Part shown: positions 1 through 9,353 of the stretch, in pieces
Layout of the letters: each line of letters begins with the position of its first letter
How positions within the stretch are numbered: position 1 is the first letter of the stretch
Origin: Verrucomicrobiota bacterium
Lineage (GTDB): Bacteria > Verrucomicrobiota > Verrucomicrobiia > Opitutales > Cerasicoccaceae
NCBI GenBank assembly: GCA_039818205.1
Contig: JBCBUK010000003.1
Location: forward strand, 256,001-320,000
DNA: 64,000 bases
Direction: 5' to 3'
Made by a program: the position numbers and the translations under genes
Notes under the pieces: generated by a model
What the model saw: the letters and a program-made list of their open reading frames with translations, nothing else
What the model was told of the DNA's origin: nothing
Databases searched by the model: none

Positions 1-1
1 T

Positions 2-1372
2 CCCTGCAATGACTCGGGAGTAGGGGTTGAATGCACCGCTGTTGATAAACGGAACCAGGATACGAGCGTCGGCAACGCCGGAAAAATCAAAATCGGTCTG
101 AGTTTGAGTGTAGAGGACGGCGGTGTCCCATTCCCAGCGGTCTTCGATCAAGCCGCGGGCTCCTCCTACGAGGCGAAAGGCACTGCGTTGAATGTCCGCT
201 TCCAGATTGCCGAGCTCAAAGCTGCGATAGTTTACATTGATAACGGATGCGGGGCCCACCGGGTTGTGCGGACTGTTTTGCACGGCGGTAAAGAGCGGGC
301 TGGGTGCGTTGCCGGGCAGGGGGCCAAAAGCAGACCATGGTGCCGGGGCAAGTGCATTTGCTTGGAACTGATAAGAGTAGAGCGCGTCACCATAAAGCGT
401 AACCTGGTCCGTTAAGTCGTGTTCGATCGCAGCAAAGCCACTGGCGATTTTCAACGCAGGTATGTCGGGGGCATATGCGTTAAAGTTAAACGCGTCAGTA
501 TTCTGATTGTATGGCTGGTAATCGGCACCAGAAGTTGGGAATGGAATGCCCGGGCTTAGCAGTCCGTCCAACACACCGCCGCCCGTAAAGATCGTCGCAT
601 GACCTGGGAACGTTGCGCTTCCACGATTCGTTCCACCGAGCGGAATAAAATTTGTGGTTGCCGAGAGGTCTCGGTCTCGAGCCCAAATTACTTGTTGGTC
701 ATAGTAGCTACCCAAGAGAGTGAGGTGGGTGTCTTCGTCAACTTGGAAGCCGCCAATCAAGGAGTATTGTTGGGTCTGCCCACCGCCTTGGGTCGTATTC
801 CCATACAAGCCATCGAGTCGGACCCCTTCGAATCGGTTATCGAGTCCGATATTCACGACACCGGCAATGGCATCGGAGCCATAAGTAGTACTCGCTGTTT
901 CTAGCAGGATATCAATGTCATTGATAGCGGCCTGGGGGATTAAATTGATGTTGGCAAAGCCGCCGGGCTCTAATCCGAATGCGCTGTTGCCACCCGCTCG
1001 TCGACCATTGATTAAGGTAAGCGTTCTTAGGGTTCCTGCGCCACGAATGTTGGGTGACGAAGAGCCAGTTCCCCCGTTACTATCATTAGACGTATTCATG
1101 GCCCCAAAGAAAGACGGTTGCAGGCGTAATATCTCGATGGGTCTTTGGGTGCCGCTCAAAAGCATATCGTCACGATCGAGCTCGAAGAAGGTTTCGACTG
1201 GATCTCCTTCAACAGGGGTAAACAAAGAGCCCGTCATGTAGACGGGTTCTAATTCAAGCAAGTCTTCTTCATCGGTTGAGACGGGGGTTACTTGGGCATC
1301 TGCAACAAAGGCCGCCGAAAAACAGATAAAAGAGGCAAGTAGGGTTGATTTTTCGGGAGAAGGCGTCACCAT
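2..1372 (-). CDS. TonB-dependent receptor, N-terminal part (runs off the window start)
   Basis: Not in the ORF track because it has no stop in the window. Translated by hand from ATG at 1372: MVTPSPEKSTLLASFICFSAAFVADAQ (signal peptide), LEPVYMTGS (TonB-box-like), plug motifs NIRGAGTLRTLTLINGRR, NINLIPQAAINDIDIL and TYGSDAIAGVVNI, then beta-strands. Confidence 0.88.
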   Translation of the reverse strand, partial: MVTPSPEKSTLLASFICFSAAFVADAQVTPVSTDEEDLLELEPVYMTGSLFTPVEGDPVETFFELDRDDMLLSGTQRPIEILRLQPSFFGAMNTSNDSNGGTGSSSPNIRGAGTLRTLTLINGRRAGGNSAFGLEPGGFANINLIPQAAINDIDILLETASTTYGSDAIAGVVNIGLDNRFEGVRLDGLYGNTTQGGGQTQQYSLIGGFQVDEDTHLTLLGSYYDQQVIWARDRDLSATTNFIPLGGTNRGSATFPGHATIFTGGGVLDGLLSPGIPFPTSGADYQPYNQNTDAFNFNAYAPDIPALKIASGFAAIEHDLTDQVTLYGDALYSYQFQANALAPAPWSAFGPLPGNAPSPLFTAVQNSPHNPVGPASVINVNYRSFELGNLEADIQRSAFRLVGGARGLIEDRWEWDTAVLYTQTQTDFDFSGVADARILVPFINSGAFNPYSRVIAG

Positions 1373-1378
1373 TGGTAG

Positions 1379-1396
1379 AAATACATTATTGTATTT
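1379..1396. promoter_or_regulatory. Perfect 7-4-7 inverted repeat, candidate operator in the divergent TBDR/regulator spacer
   Basis: AAATACA-TTAT-TGTATTT within a 57-bp intergenic gap. Confidence 0.45.
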
Positions 1397-1429
1397 AAAT
1401 CTAACTCAAGAGTTTCCACTATTTTTGCC

Positions 1430-2062
1430 ATGAATATTGTCGTTGTCGAGGATCAAAGCCTTTTTCGGCAGCTTATGGTTAAAATGTGTGCTGAACGTTA
1501 CAATGTGGTAGGCGAAGCATCGGACGGTCAGCAGGCATTAGACGTATGCCGTGAGTTGAAGCCTGATGTTGTCTTGTTAGATATCCGCATACCTGAGCCC
1601 GACGGTATCTCCGTCGCGCAGACTTTATTGGAAGAGCAGCCGACGCTTCGCATTCTGGCGGTCTCGGCGAAGATGGATACGGTCACCGTTTTCCGTTTAT
1701 TAAAATCTGGTGTCCATGGTTATGTTAACAAGTTTTCTGACCAGTTGGATACCGTGATGGATGCCCTTGAGAACCTGTCTCGGGGCGAGCCGTATTTCTC
1801 CGAATCGTTCGATCAAGTTAAGAACGAGATCAAGCGTGATCCTATGGCGTTCTATAAGATCCTTTCGAACAAGGAACTTGAACTGCTTCCGCTGTTTTCT
1901 AAGGGGCTTGATGACGAGGCAATCGGCATCAAGTATAAGCTCAGTGCCAACACGGTTCGTTGGCATCGACGCAACATCATGAAGAAGCTTGAGATCCATG
2001 CGACAACCGAACTAATGCGCTATGGCATTGCTCATGGTTTCTGGGACCTTGCTGGCAGTTAG
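1430..2062 (+). CDS. NarL/LuxR-family response regulator (REC + LuxR HTH)
   Basis: VVVED, DVVLLDIRIP (phospho-Asp), GYVNK; C-terminal LSNKELELL...IGIKYKLSANTVRWHRRNIMKKL. Confidence 0.93.
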   Translation: MNIVVVEDQSLFRQLMVKMCAERYNVVGEASDGQQALDVCRELKPDVVLLDIRIPEPDGISVAQTLLEEQPTLRILAVSAKMDTVTVFRLLKSGVHGYVNKFSDQLDTVMDALENLSRGEPYFSESFDQVKNEIKRDPMAFYKILSNKELELLPLFSKGLDDEAIGIKYKLSANTVRWHRRNIMKKLEIHATTELMRYGIAHGFWDLAGS

Positions 2063-2149
2063 TTGTCATCTAGTTTAAGTTGTTTCCACTAGGAACCGTG
2101 CAAACTTGCACGGTTTTCTTGTTTTCAGCGGACTCCTATTAGCGGGCAT

Positions 2150-2180
2150 GAAAAAACCGCGCCCAAAGAATGAGCGCGGT
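2150..2180 (-). terminator. Rho-independent terminator of pnp
   Basis: Minus strand ACCGCGC-loop-GCGCGGT followed by a T run. Confidence 0.75.
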
Positions 2181-2207
2181 CGTTGATTAAATGGTATCGT
2201 ATAATCG

Positions 2208-4496
2208 TTAAGCCTCGGCCGAAGCTTCGGTGCGATTGTCGTTTTCGGAACCAGAGTCGTTGTCGCGGTTCTCGCGACGTCCACCACGGCCCTTGCCGCC
2301 ACGACCCTTGTTGTTGCGGTCTCCGCGACCACCACCACTGTCACCCCGGCCCTTAGGCTCGTAAGGGATGCCTTGTGCTTCGCACAGAGCGGCGCGACGG
2401 GAAAGCTTTACGCGACCCTTGTCGTCGATTCCGACGCACTTGACCAGAATTTCGTCACCTAGCTTGCACACGTCCTCGACCTTATCGACACGGAAGTCAG
2501 CAAGCTCGGATACGTGGACGAGACCTTCCTTGCCAGGTAGGCACTCGACGAAGCAACCGAATTCCTTGATCGCGCGAACGATGCCCTTGTAAGTCTTACC
2601 AGGCTCGATCTCAGCGGTTACTAGTTCGACTTCTTGGATCGCACGCTTCATGGCATCGCCATCGTTAGCGAAAATCAACACGCGGCCCGAATTGTCCTCG
2701 TTGATGTCGATTTGTGCGCCAGTGATCTCGGTGATGCGTTTAATGTTCTTACCGCCTGGGCCGATCAGTGCACCGATCTTTTCAGGATCGATTTCAACCT
2801 GCTCGATCCGTGGCGCGTGGGTCTTCAGCTCTTCGTTTGGCTTTTCGATCGCCTCGGTCATCACGTCGAGGATCTTGTCGCGAGCAACCTTGTTTTGATA
2901 GATCGCTTTCTTGGCAATCTCCATTGAGATGCCCTTGATCTTGAGGTCTAGCTGGAAGCCTGTGATGCCTGCCTTCGTGCCACAGATCTTGAAGTCCATG
3001 TCGCCGAAGTGGTCCTCGGCACCGAGAATGTCGGTGAGGATCACGTGTTCGCCGATGGCGCCGCTGTCGTCATTGGTCGATACGAGACCAACGGAGATAC
3101 CAGCAACCGGCGCGGAGATTGGAACACCGGCATCCATCAAGGAAAGCGTGCCACCACAAACCGATGCCATCGAGGTCGAGCCATTGGACTCGAAGATGTC
3201 GGATACGAGACGGATCGAGTAAGGGAACTCATCTTCTCCTGGGAGGACGGCCAAGAGCGAGCGCTCGGCGAGTGCTCCGTGACCGATCTCGCGACGACCT
3301 GGGCCAGTGAAGCGTCCACACTCACCAACCGAGAACGGTGGGAAGTTGTAGTGGAGGATGAAGCTCTTGCTCTTTACACCGCCGGTGAGTGCGTCGAGTT
3401 CTTGGGAATCCTTGCTGGTGCCAAGTGTCAACGAAACGATGCCTTGGGTCTCACCTCGTTGGAAGAGGGATGAACCATGCACGCGGTCGAGAACGTCAGT
3501 GCGGCAGCTAATTGGGCGAAGATCGTCAGGGCCCCGGCCGTCAACGCGCTTCTTGTTCTGCAAGATGTTCTCGCGGTAGAGTTCTTCTTGGAGAACTTCG
3601 AAAGCCATATTGACCTGTGGGCCAACCATGTCGTCCTCGACCAATTCCTTGGCCTTAACGGCTTCGACGGCCTCGTCTTTGAGAGCAGAAACCGCATTAC
3701 CCCGTTCAACTTTGGAGTCTTGGAAGACGGCGCCAGCCATCTTTTCACCAACGGCCTCACGGCACAGTGCCAAGACGTCGTCTTGAACCTTAACGAGATT
3801 GAATTCCTTCTTCGGCTTGCCAACCTTCTTCGCGAGTTCGTTCTGCGCTGCAATAATTGGCTGAATTGCGTTCTGAGCAAATTCGAGGGCCTCGATGAAG
3901 CGAGTTTCCGGCAACTGGTCGGCGGAACCTTCGATCATCATCATTTCCTTCTCGTTACCAACGTAGATCAAGTCGAGGGTCGACTCGAACATTTCTTCGT
4001 GGGTCGGGTTAACGACGAACTCGCCGTCGATCTCACCCAGGCGGATACAGCCGATTGGGCCGTGCCAAGGGATGTCCGAGCAAAGGCAAGCGGCCGATGC
4101 ACCATTGACCATCAGGATATCTGGGTCATTGATCAGGTCGGTGGACAAAAGCAGGCCGATAACCTGGACCTCGAAGAGGAAGCCCTTAGGGAAAAGCGGG
4201 CGTAGGGGACGGTCGCACAGGCGGGAAGTCAAGATCTCCTTTTCGGATGGACGGCCCTCGCGCTTGAAGTAACCACCAGGAAAGCGACCAGCAGCGGCAA
4301 AGCGCTCGCGGTAGTCAACGGTGAGTGGAAAGAAATCCTGGTCAGGTGAGCGCAGGGAAGTTGCAGCGGTGGCAGAGACGAATACGGTCGTTTCGCCTTT
4401 AGAGATCGTAACAGCGCCGTTGGCTTGTTTTGCGATGGTGCCCGATGAGATGGTCAAATCGAGCGATTCTATGTATACACTATGTTCTTGTTTCAT
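2208..4496 (-). CDS. pnp: Polyribonucleotide nucleotidyltransferase (PNPase)
   Basis: [45 protein letters not shown] and S1 domains; downstream of rpsO. Confidence 0.99.
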   Translation of the reverse strand: MKQEHSVYIESLDLTISSGTIAKQANGAVTISKGETTVFVSATAATSLRSPDQDFFPLTVDYRERFAAAGRFPGGYFKREGRPSEKEILTSRLCDRPLRPLFPKGFLFEVQVIGLLLSTDLINDPDILMVNGASAACLCSDIPWHGPIGCIRLGEIDGEFVVNPTHEEMFESTLDLIYVGNEKEMMMIEGSADQLPETRFIEALEFAQNAIQPIIAAQNELAKKVGKPKKEFNLVKVQDDVLALCREAVGEKMAGAVFQDSKVERGNAVSALKDEAVEAVKAKELVEDDMVGPQVNMAFEVLQEELYRENILQNKKRVDGRGPDDLRPISCRTDVLDRVHGSSLFQRGETQGIVSLTLGTSKDSQELDALTGGVKSKSFILHYNFPPFSVGECGRFTGPGRREIGHGALAERSLLAVLPGEDEFPYSIRLVSDIFESNGSTSMASVCGGTLSLMDAGVPISAPVAGISVGLVSTNDDSGAIGEHVILTDILGAEDHFGDMDFKICGTKAGITGFQLDLKIKGISMEIAKKAIYQNKVARDKILDVMTEAIEKPNEELKTHAPRIEQVEIDPEKIGALIGPGGKNIKRITEITGAQIDINEDNSGRVLIFANDGDAMKRAIQEVELVTAEIEPGKTYKGIVRAIKEFGCFVECLPGKEGLVHVSELADFRVDKVEDVCKLGDEILVKCVGIDDKGRVKLSRRAALCEAQGIPYEPKGRGDSGGGRGDRNNKGRGGKGRGGRRENRDNDSGSENDNRTEASAEA

Positions 4497-4555
4497 TCTA
4501 TTTTTGTCAGATTGAGCCAGCGGGCGGGTCGGACGCGGTCGCGGGCGGGTTTCGG

Positions 4556-4601
4556 AAAAAGAAAAGCGGGCGCGGCAATGCCGGGCCCGCTAGAAAGGGA
4601 T
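4556..4601 (-). terminator. Internal terminator between rpsO and pnp
   Basis: Minus strand AGCGGGCCCGGCATTGCCGCGCCCGCT then TTTCTTTTT. Confidence 0.7.
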
Positions 4602-4684
4602 CAGTTAAATGTTTGCGTCTTTGGGTAGCAGCGAGACATGCGGAAAAATGGGGAGTCCCCATTTAAAGCACCATTCAAACAGAA

Positions 4685-4957
4685 TTAGCGGCGCAAACCG
4701 AGGCGCTGGATAATGCTCTTGTAGCGCTCCAAGTCCTTCTTGCGAAGGTAATTGAGCAGCTTACGGCGCTTGTTGGTCATTTGAATCAGACCGCGACGAG
4801 TGTGGAAATCCTTGCGGTGGGTGCGCAAGTGCTCGGTCAGGTGAATGATGCGTGCGGTAAGCAAGGCAACTTGCACCTCAGGCGAACCGGTGTCGCCCTC
4901 GTGGGTCTTGTATTCAGCGATGATCTTGTCTTTATCGATTGCGGTGGAATCAGCCAT
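4685..4957 (-). CDS. rpsO: 30S ribosomal protein S15
   Basis: [16 protein letters not shown]...[19 protein letters not shown]...LGLRR; start placed at ATG 4957 (90 aa). Confidence 0.99.
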   Translation of the reverse strand: MADSTAIDKDKIIAEYKTHEGDTGSPEVQVALLTARIIHLTEHLRTHRKDFHTRRGLIQMTNKRRKLLNYLRKKDLERYKSIIQRLGLRR

Positions 4958-4959
4958 TT

Positions 4960-5113
4960 TTGTTTTTTGAATTTCACGACACCTGGGTTCCGAAGTTTTT
5001 CGGATCCGCGATCCCCGCGACACGCCGGGAACGCCGTTGACACCTAGATTTAGAGGTGGGTCGTGGAGGCAGGATCGCGGCTAAGCTCTCCGGCCTCTAA
5101 CGCAAGCCGGGAG
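4960..5113 (-). ncRNA. Candidate structured rpsO leader (S15 autoregulatory element)
   Basis: Complementary blocks 5006-5014/5072-5080, 5050-5056/5094-5100 and 4975-4980/5060-5065, plus a hairpin at 4989-5004, all directly upstream of rpsO. Confidence 0.5.
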
Positions 5114-5413
5114 AAAATCAGGCTTTTCGCCGAAAACACAAGCTTTTTATTGGTTAGTATCCAATATGTGACTGAAAAATAGAGCCAAAAGGCGCCGGGC
5201 CAGACGGGCCTGGTTCGAGTCAATATCTCATGGCTTTTGGATTACCAGAAAAATAGCAGTAAATTAGGGTTTATACCCCTTTCAGCCTCGGATTTTACGA
5301 TTTATTACGCACAAAACTGCTTCTAAATGCTGCAGAATATGCTAAGGTATTTACCACAGAGACCGATTGAGTACCTACCCAGATGCTCAAACAACTAACT
5401 TTGAGAAAGTCGC

Positions 5414-6094
5414 ATGATGAAACAGAAACGTCGCTATCTATCCGTTGAGGAGCTGCTTTACCTCTCTCAAGCCCCACGATCACTAATTTTAGAGATCCTC
5501 CGAACACCTGCCGCCCAGACCCATTTACCCGAAATTGAGGCGTTCGCTTCATGGGACCGTGAGCGCCAGCGCGATTATCTGGTCGCCAAGCATCGCCTGC
5601 AGGAGGTGATCAAAGACGAAACTCGCCACGACAATTTTGTCATCGATCTATCGAGCCTTCAATTGGAGACCCTACCGCCAGAGATCCATTTTGTGATGCG
5701 TCGCGCTAAGCGCTTCCGCCTGGATCTCTCCGGAAACAACTTCAATCACTATTATTCGGTTCGGCGCGCGATTTCCCGCGATCAGCCGGATCACCCATTT
5801 CCATTCGATGCAATTAACCTCGCTGACAACCCGATTGAGGACTTGTCGCCAGCGATTGTTCAACGAGGCAAGGAGTCCGCTCATTACCTCGAAGAATACT
5901 GGCTCCGCCACTGGGCAAAGCCATATACGATCGCCAAGAAGTTCACTCACACGATGGAGATGCAGCGCTTCACGGCTTCGGATGTCGTCCACGCCATGAA
6001 GTTGGTTTTGCATATGACCGGCGTCGCCCGTGCGGCCGAAGTACATCAGTCGGACGACGGCGAATCCGACGAAGTCATCGCAGTGAGCGCCTAA
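5414..6094 (+). CDS. Hypothetical protein with about three leucine-rich-repeat-like motifs
   Basis: IDLSSLQLETLPPEI, LDLSGNNFN, INLADNPIEDLSPAI; followed by a terminator. Confidence 0.65.
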   Translation: MMKQKRRYLSVEELLYLSQAPRSLILEILRTPAAQTHLPEIEAFASWDRERQRDYLVAKHRLQEVIKDETRHDNFVIDLSSLQLETLPPEIHFVMRRAKRFRLDLSGNNFNHYYSVRRAISRDQPDHPFPFDAINLADNPIEDLSPAIVQRGKESAHYLEEYWLRHWAKPYTIAKKFTHTMEMQRFTASDVVHAMKLVLHMTGVARAAEVHQSDDGESDEVIAVSA

Positions 6095-6121
6095 ACACTT
6101 TTACGGGTAGTGAATCTATAG

Positions 6122-6161
6122 TTCGGTCAGCCGAGGGGTATCGGTTGGCCGAATTTTTTTG
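6122..6161 (+). terminator. Rho-independent terminator
   Basis: TTCGGTCAGCCGA-GGGGTA-TCGGTTGGCCGAA followed by a T run. Confidence 0.85.
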
Positions 6162-6163
6162 TA

Positions 6164-6207
6164 GATTAGTCTGTCCGTTCAGGATTAGTCTGTCCGTTCA
6201 GGATTAG
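6164..6207. repeat. 19-bp tandem duplication (2.3 copies)
   Basis: GATTAGTCTGTCCGTTCAG at 6164-6182 and 6183-6201, then GATTAG. Confidence 0.95.
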
Positions 6208-6544
6208 GCAGGAAGCGCAGCGCGAGTAGGCAAACGAGGACGCTCTCAATAATGAAGAACGAATACTCCTCGAAAGGAATATGGCCGAGCCAGGTCAGCC
6301 CATTGGGATTCGATTCGTTCCGGGCCATTTCAGCGGCTGGGTAGCCGAGACTGACACCGTCGCCGAATCCCCATATGCCTAGCCAAACCGCATAATTGTC
6401 CCATGGGGTCGTGTAGATGAACGCGATTGCACAAACGACACCGATGCACACTAGGTGTGCCTTTTTAAGTCGCCGCCGATTCCAGACGATCAACGCCACG
6501 AGCAGCGGAAGGGTAAAGATTAGGTGGTAGCCCCAGTAGGTCAT
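6185..6544 (-). CDS. Lycopene cyclase domain membrane protein (CrtYc/CrtYd type)
   Basis: MTYWGYHLIFTLP, YTTPWDNYAVWLGIWGF, GHIPFEEYSFF; three hydrophobic helices. Confidence 0.85.
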   Translation of the reverse strand: MTYWGYHLIFTLPLLVALIVWNRRRLKKAHLVCIGVVCAIAFIYTTPWDNYAVWLGIWGFGDGVSLGYPAAEMARNESNPNGLTWLGHIPFEEYSFFIIESVLVCLLALRFLPNPERTD

Positions 6545-6730
6545 CGGATTGGTCGGTTCGGACCTGCGCGAAAAAGGGGCGCCGATCGTAATGATTGAAA
6601 GCTTCGCGAAAAATCAGTGATTTTCAAGGTCCGCTTGCATTTGCTTTACGGGGCGTGCCTTTGATCCGTCTCCTGCGGGGCCCAATCGGTTTGGAGAGAC
6701 AATAATGTTGCCTAATTCCCTCAGCACGAT

Positions 6731-7543
6731 GTGATTCCGACCGAACGACTACCAATGGCTGCAGTGGAACCAAAAATACGCGTGGAGCACCTGGACATGG
6801 CGTACGGAAGCTTCACCGTCATGAACGACCTCAATTTTGATGTAAAAAAGGGGGAAGTTTTCATTATCATGGGTGGTTCCGGCTGCGGAAAGAGCACGCT
6901 CCTGAAGCATCTGATCGGTTTGATCGAACCCGCGCGGGGCGAAATCTTCTATGATGGAGACAATTTTACCCAGGCGGATGACGACATCAAAAAGAGCATG
7001 TTGCAGGGCTTTGGTGTGACCTATCAAGGTGGCGCCTTGTGGAGCTCGATGACGCTTGCGGAAAACGTCGGCCTACCACTTGGGGAGTTTACCGACCTCT
7101 CGGCGAAGGAAATTCGTGACGTTGCCAGCTACAAATTGTCTTTGGTTGGACTGCGTGGATTCGAAGACTTTTATCCATCGGAAATCAGTGGTGGAATGTG
7201 CAAGCGGGCAGGGCTGGCTCGTGCGATGGCGCTCGATCCCGATGTATTGTTTTTTGATGAACCATCAGCGGGCTTGGACCCAATTAGCTCTCGCCTCTTG
7301 GATGACTTGATCTTGGAGCTCCGAGATTCGTTGGGTGCGACCTTTGTGGTGGTCACGCATGAACTGGCTTCAATCTTTGCGATTGCTGACCGCGCGATCT
7401 TTCTCGATGCCAAAACTCGCCATCAGTTGGAGGTCGGCAATCCCGTTCAAATGCGCGAGCACAGCGAGTTCGAAACGGTAAGAAATTTCCTCTTAAGGGG
7501 GGAAATGGAAGACGCCGAATCAACGGCTGAGCAAGCGGGATAA
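6731..7543 (+). CDS. ABC transporter ATPase, MlaF/Mkl type (alternative start 6755)
   Basis: GGSGCGKST, ISGGMCKRAGLARAMALDP, FFDEP, VVTHEL; adjacent to an MCE gene. Confidence 0.93.
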   Translation: MIPTERLPMAAVEPKIRVEHLDMAYGSFTVMNDLNFDVKKGEVFIIMGGSGCGKSTLLKHLIGLIEPARGEIFYDGDNFTQADDDIKKSMLQGFGVTYQGGALWSSMTLAENVGLPLGEFTDLSAKEIRDVASYKLSLVGLRGFEDFYPSEISGGMCKRAGLARAMALDPDVLFFDEPSAGLDPISSRLLDDLILELRDSLGATFVVVTHELASIFAIADRAIFLDAKTRHQLEVGNPVQMREHSEFETVRNFLLRGEMEDAESTAEQAG

Positions 7544-7601
7544 TTTTCTGAAAAAACTTTGCCAACCAATCACTGAACCATAGTGTCGCTACCTACTGTC
7601 T

Positions 7602-8615
7602 ATGAGTAAGAAAGCAAACCCAGCAATAATCGGAGCTTTTGTCATTACGGCGACCGTACTGGCAGTTGCAGCAGTTGTCGTCTTTGGTTCAGGCAGTTTC
7701 TTTAAGCAGAAGGCCGATTTCGTCCTCTATTTCGAGGACTCCGTAAATGGTTTGGCGCCCGGCGCTCCCGTGAAGTTTAAGGGAGTTCCAATTGGGCAGG
7801 TTAAAGATATTCTCATTCGCTTTAACCAGGCAGAGGAGTCGACAGCCGTGCCCGTGATTATTGAGATTGATTTGTCGCGGCTGCGTACGACCCTTGGCGT
7901 AGATGTCGATCTGCAAGACCATGAAATTTTACGAGCGCAGATTAATGATGGGCTTCGAGCGACCCTGCAGCAGGCGAGTTTCGTAACGGGCCTCTTGTTT
8001 GTGGAGCTTAATTACGTCCCTGGTGCTCCAGAACCACATTTCCATCAAACACCTGCGGATGGTGCAGACCAGTTATCGTATCCTGAGATTCCGACGCTTC
8101 AGTCGGGCCTTACTGAGGTCATCAAGAAGGTCTCGAAAATGGTCAATCAGATTGCCCAGATCGATTTTGCCTCCATGGGCCGCAAATTGAACGACATGCT
8201 CGATAAGCTGGACAAGGGTGTTGGGCAGATAAACTTTAAAGAGATCAATGACGAAACCGTAGGTGCTCTTCGGGCATTTCGTGAATTGGCTGAGAACCAA
8301 GATCTGAAGGATGCATTTGCCAACCTTGATAAGACCCTCACGGACCTCCAGGGCTTGATTGGAAACTTAGACAGCGATATGGGCAAGCTTGTGACGGACC
8401 TTCAGGGTACTCTGTCTAAGGCCCGCGATACTCTTGATAGTATCGAGGGCTTGGCTGACAATGCCAATGGCATGGTTGCGCCCGATTCTCCTTTGCGCTA
8501 CGAGTTAACCAATGCTTTGTCTGAGTTTGCGGGTGCTTCGCGTTCCCTGCGCGTTTTAGCCGATTACCTGGAGCGCAATCCTGACGCGCTGTTAACCGGC
8601 AAGCAGAAAGAGTGA
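7602..8615 (+). CDS. MCE/MlaD-family protein with helical C-terminal extension
   Basis: N-terminal TM helix; FEDSVNGLAPGAPVKFKGVPIGQV; LADYLERNPDALLTGK. Confidence 0.93.
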   Translation: MSKKANPAIIGAFVITATVLAVAAVVVFGSGSFFKQKADFVLYFEDSVNGLAPGAPVKFKGVPIGQVKDILIRFNQAEESTAVPVIIEIDLSRLRTTLGVDVDLQDHEILRAQINDGLRATLQQASFVTGLLFVELNYVPGAPEPHFHQTPADGADQLSYPEIPTLQSGLTEVIKKVSKMVNQIAQIDFASMGRKLNDMLDKLDKGVGQINFKEINDETVGALRAFRELAENQDLKDAFANLDKTLTDLQGLIGNLDSDMGKLVTDLQGTLSKARDTLDSIEGLADNANGMVAPDSPLRYELTNALSEFAGASRSLRVLADYLERNPDALLTGKQKE

Positions 8616-9310
8616 TCATGAAATTGTCTTTCACACAAATTTTGACGTCCTCGCTCGTAGCCAGCTTGCTGGTCTTGTCGGGCTGCAGTATTGGTCAGAA
8701 GTCAAGTCCTTCGATCTTCTATGTTTTGACTCCGATGCCAGCGGATACCAATCCGCTGCCCGAGTTTAATGATGACCCACCCAATGTTGGTGTTTCGCGG
8801 GTTCAAATTCCGTCTTTTATCGATCGTCCGCAGCTGACATACCGGCTCAATAAGAATGAAATCAACTTCAGCGAGTTCCACCGCTGGGGTGAGCCTATTG
8901 GCGATGGGGTAACCCGCGTTCTGCGCCAGAATCTCACAGAGCTCCTGGGGGCGGGAAAAGTGTCGGCGTTCCCTTGGATGCAGCCTTACCCGCGAGACTT
9001 TGTTTTTGGAGCAGTGGTGACTGATTTCGCCGCAGGATCAGATGGGCGCGCACGGTTGACGGTTATTTACCGCATTTCTGATGCGAAAAACGAAAAGACC
9101 CTTTTGGTCCGCGAGGCGCAGTTTGTGGATTCTGATGGCGAGGCACTTGCTCCGGCGAATGCAGTTGCCGCAATGAGTCGTTTGCTTGAGCAGTTTTCTA
9201 AGTCCGCGGCGCAAGATTTAGCCAACGTCAACCGACAGCTAGACGTTGAAGCACTGGAAAATCTCGAGGACAGCTTGGCCGAGCAGGAAGAAGAATACGT
9301 GGACCAGTAG
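8612..9310 (+). CDS. PqiC-family lipoprotein (ABC transport auxiliary component)
   Basis: Lipobox LSGC; FYVL; VQIPSFIDRPQL; RWGEP. Confidence 0.88.
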   Translation: MIMKLSFTQILTSSLVASLLVLSGCSIGQKSSPSIFYVLTPMPADTNPLPEFNDDPPNVGVSRVQIPSFIDRPQLTYRLNKNEINFSEFHRWGEPIGDGVTRVLRQNLTELLGAGKVSAFPWMQPYPRDFVFGAVVTDFAAGSDGRARLTVIYRISDAKNEKTLLVREAQFVDSDGEALAPANAVAAMSRLLEQFSKSAAQDLANVNRQLDVEALENLEDSLAEQEEEYVDQ

Positions 9311-9353
9311 GTCAGTCGCCCGTAGCTCTCGGACATCTGACGGCGATCCGCTT

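Noticed and set aside
104..1241. Short + strand ORFs in the ORF track
   Set aside because: They lie antisense to the TonB-dependent receptor frame that runs off the window
5205..5225. GGTTCGAGTC tRNA T-loop-like sequence
   Set aside because: No T-stem, acceptor stem or cloverleaf around it
6164..6207. CRISPR-like repeat
   Set aside because: Copies are directly adjacent with no spacers, and there are no cas genes
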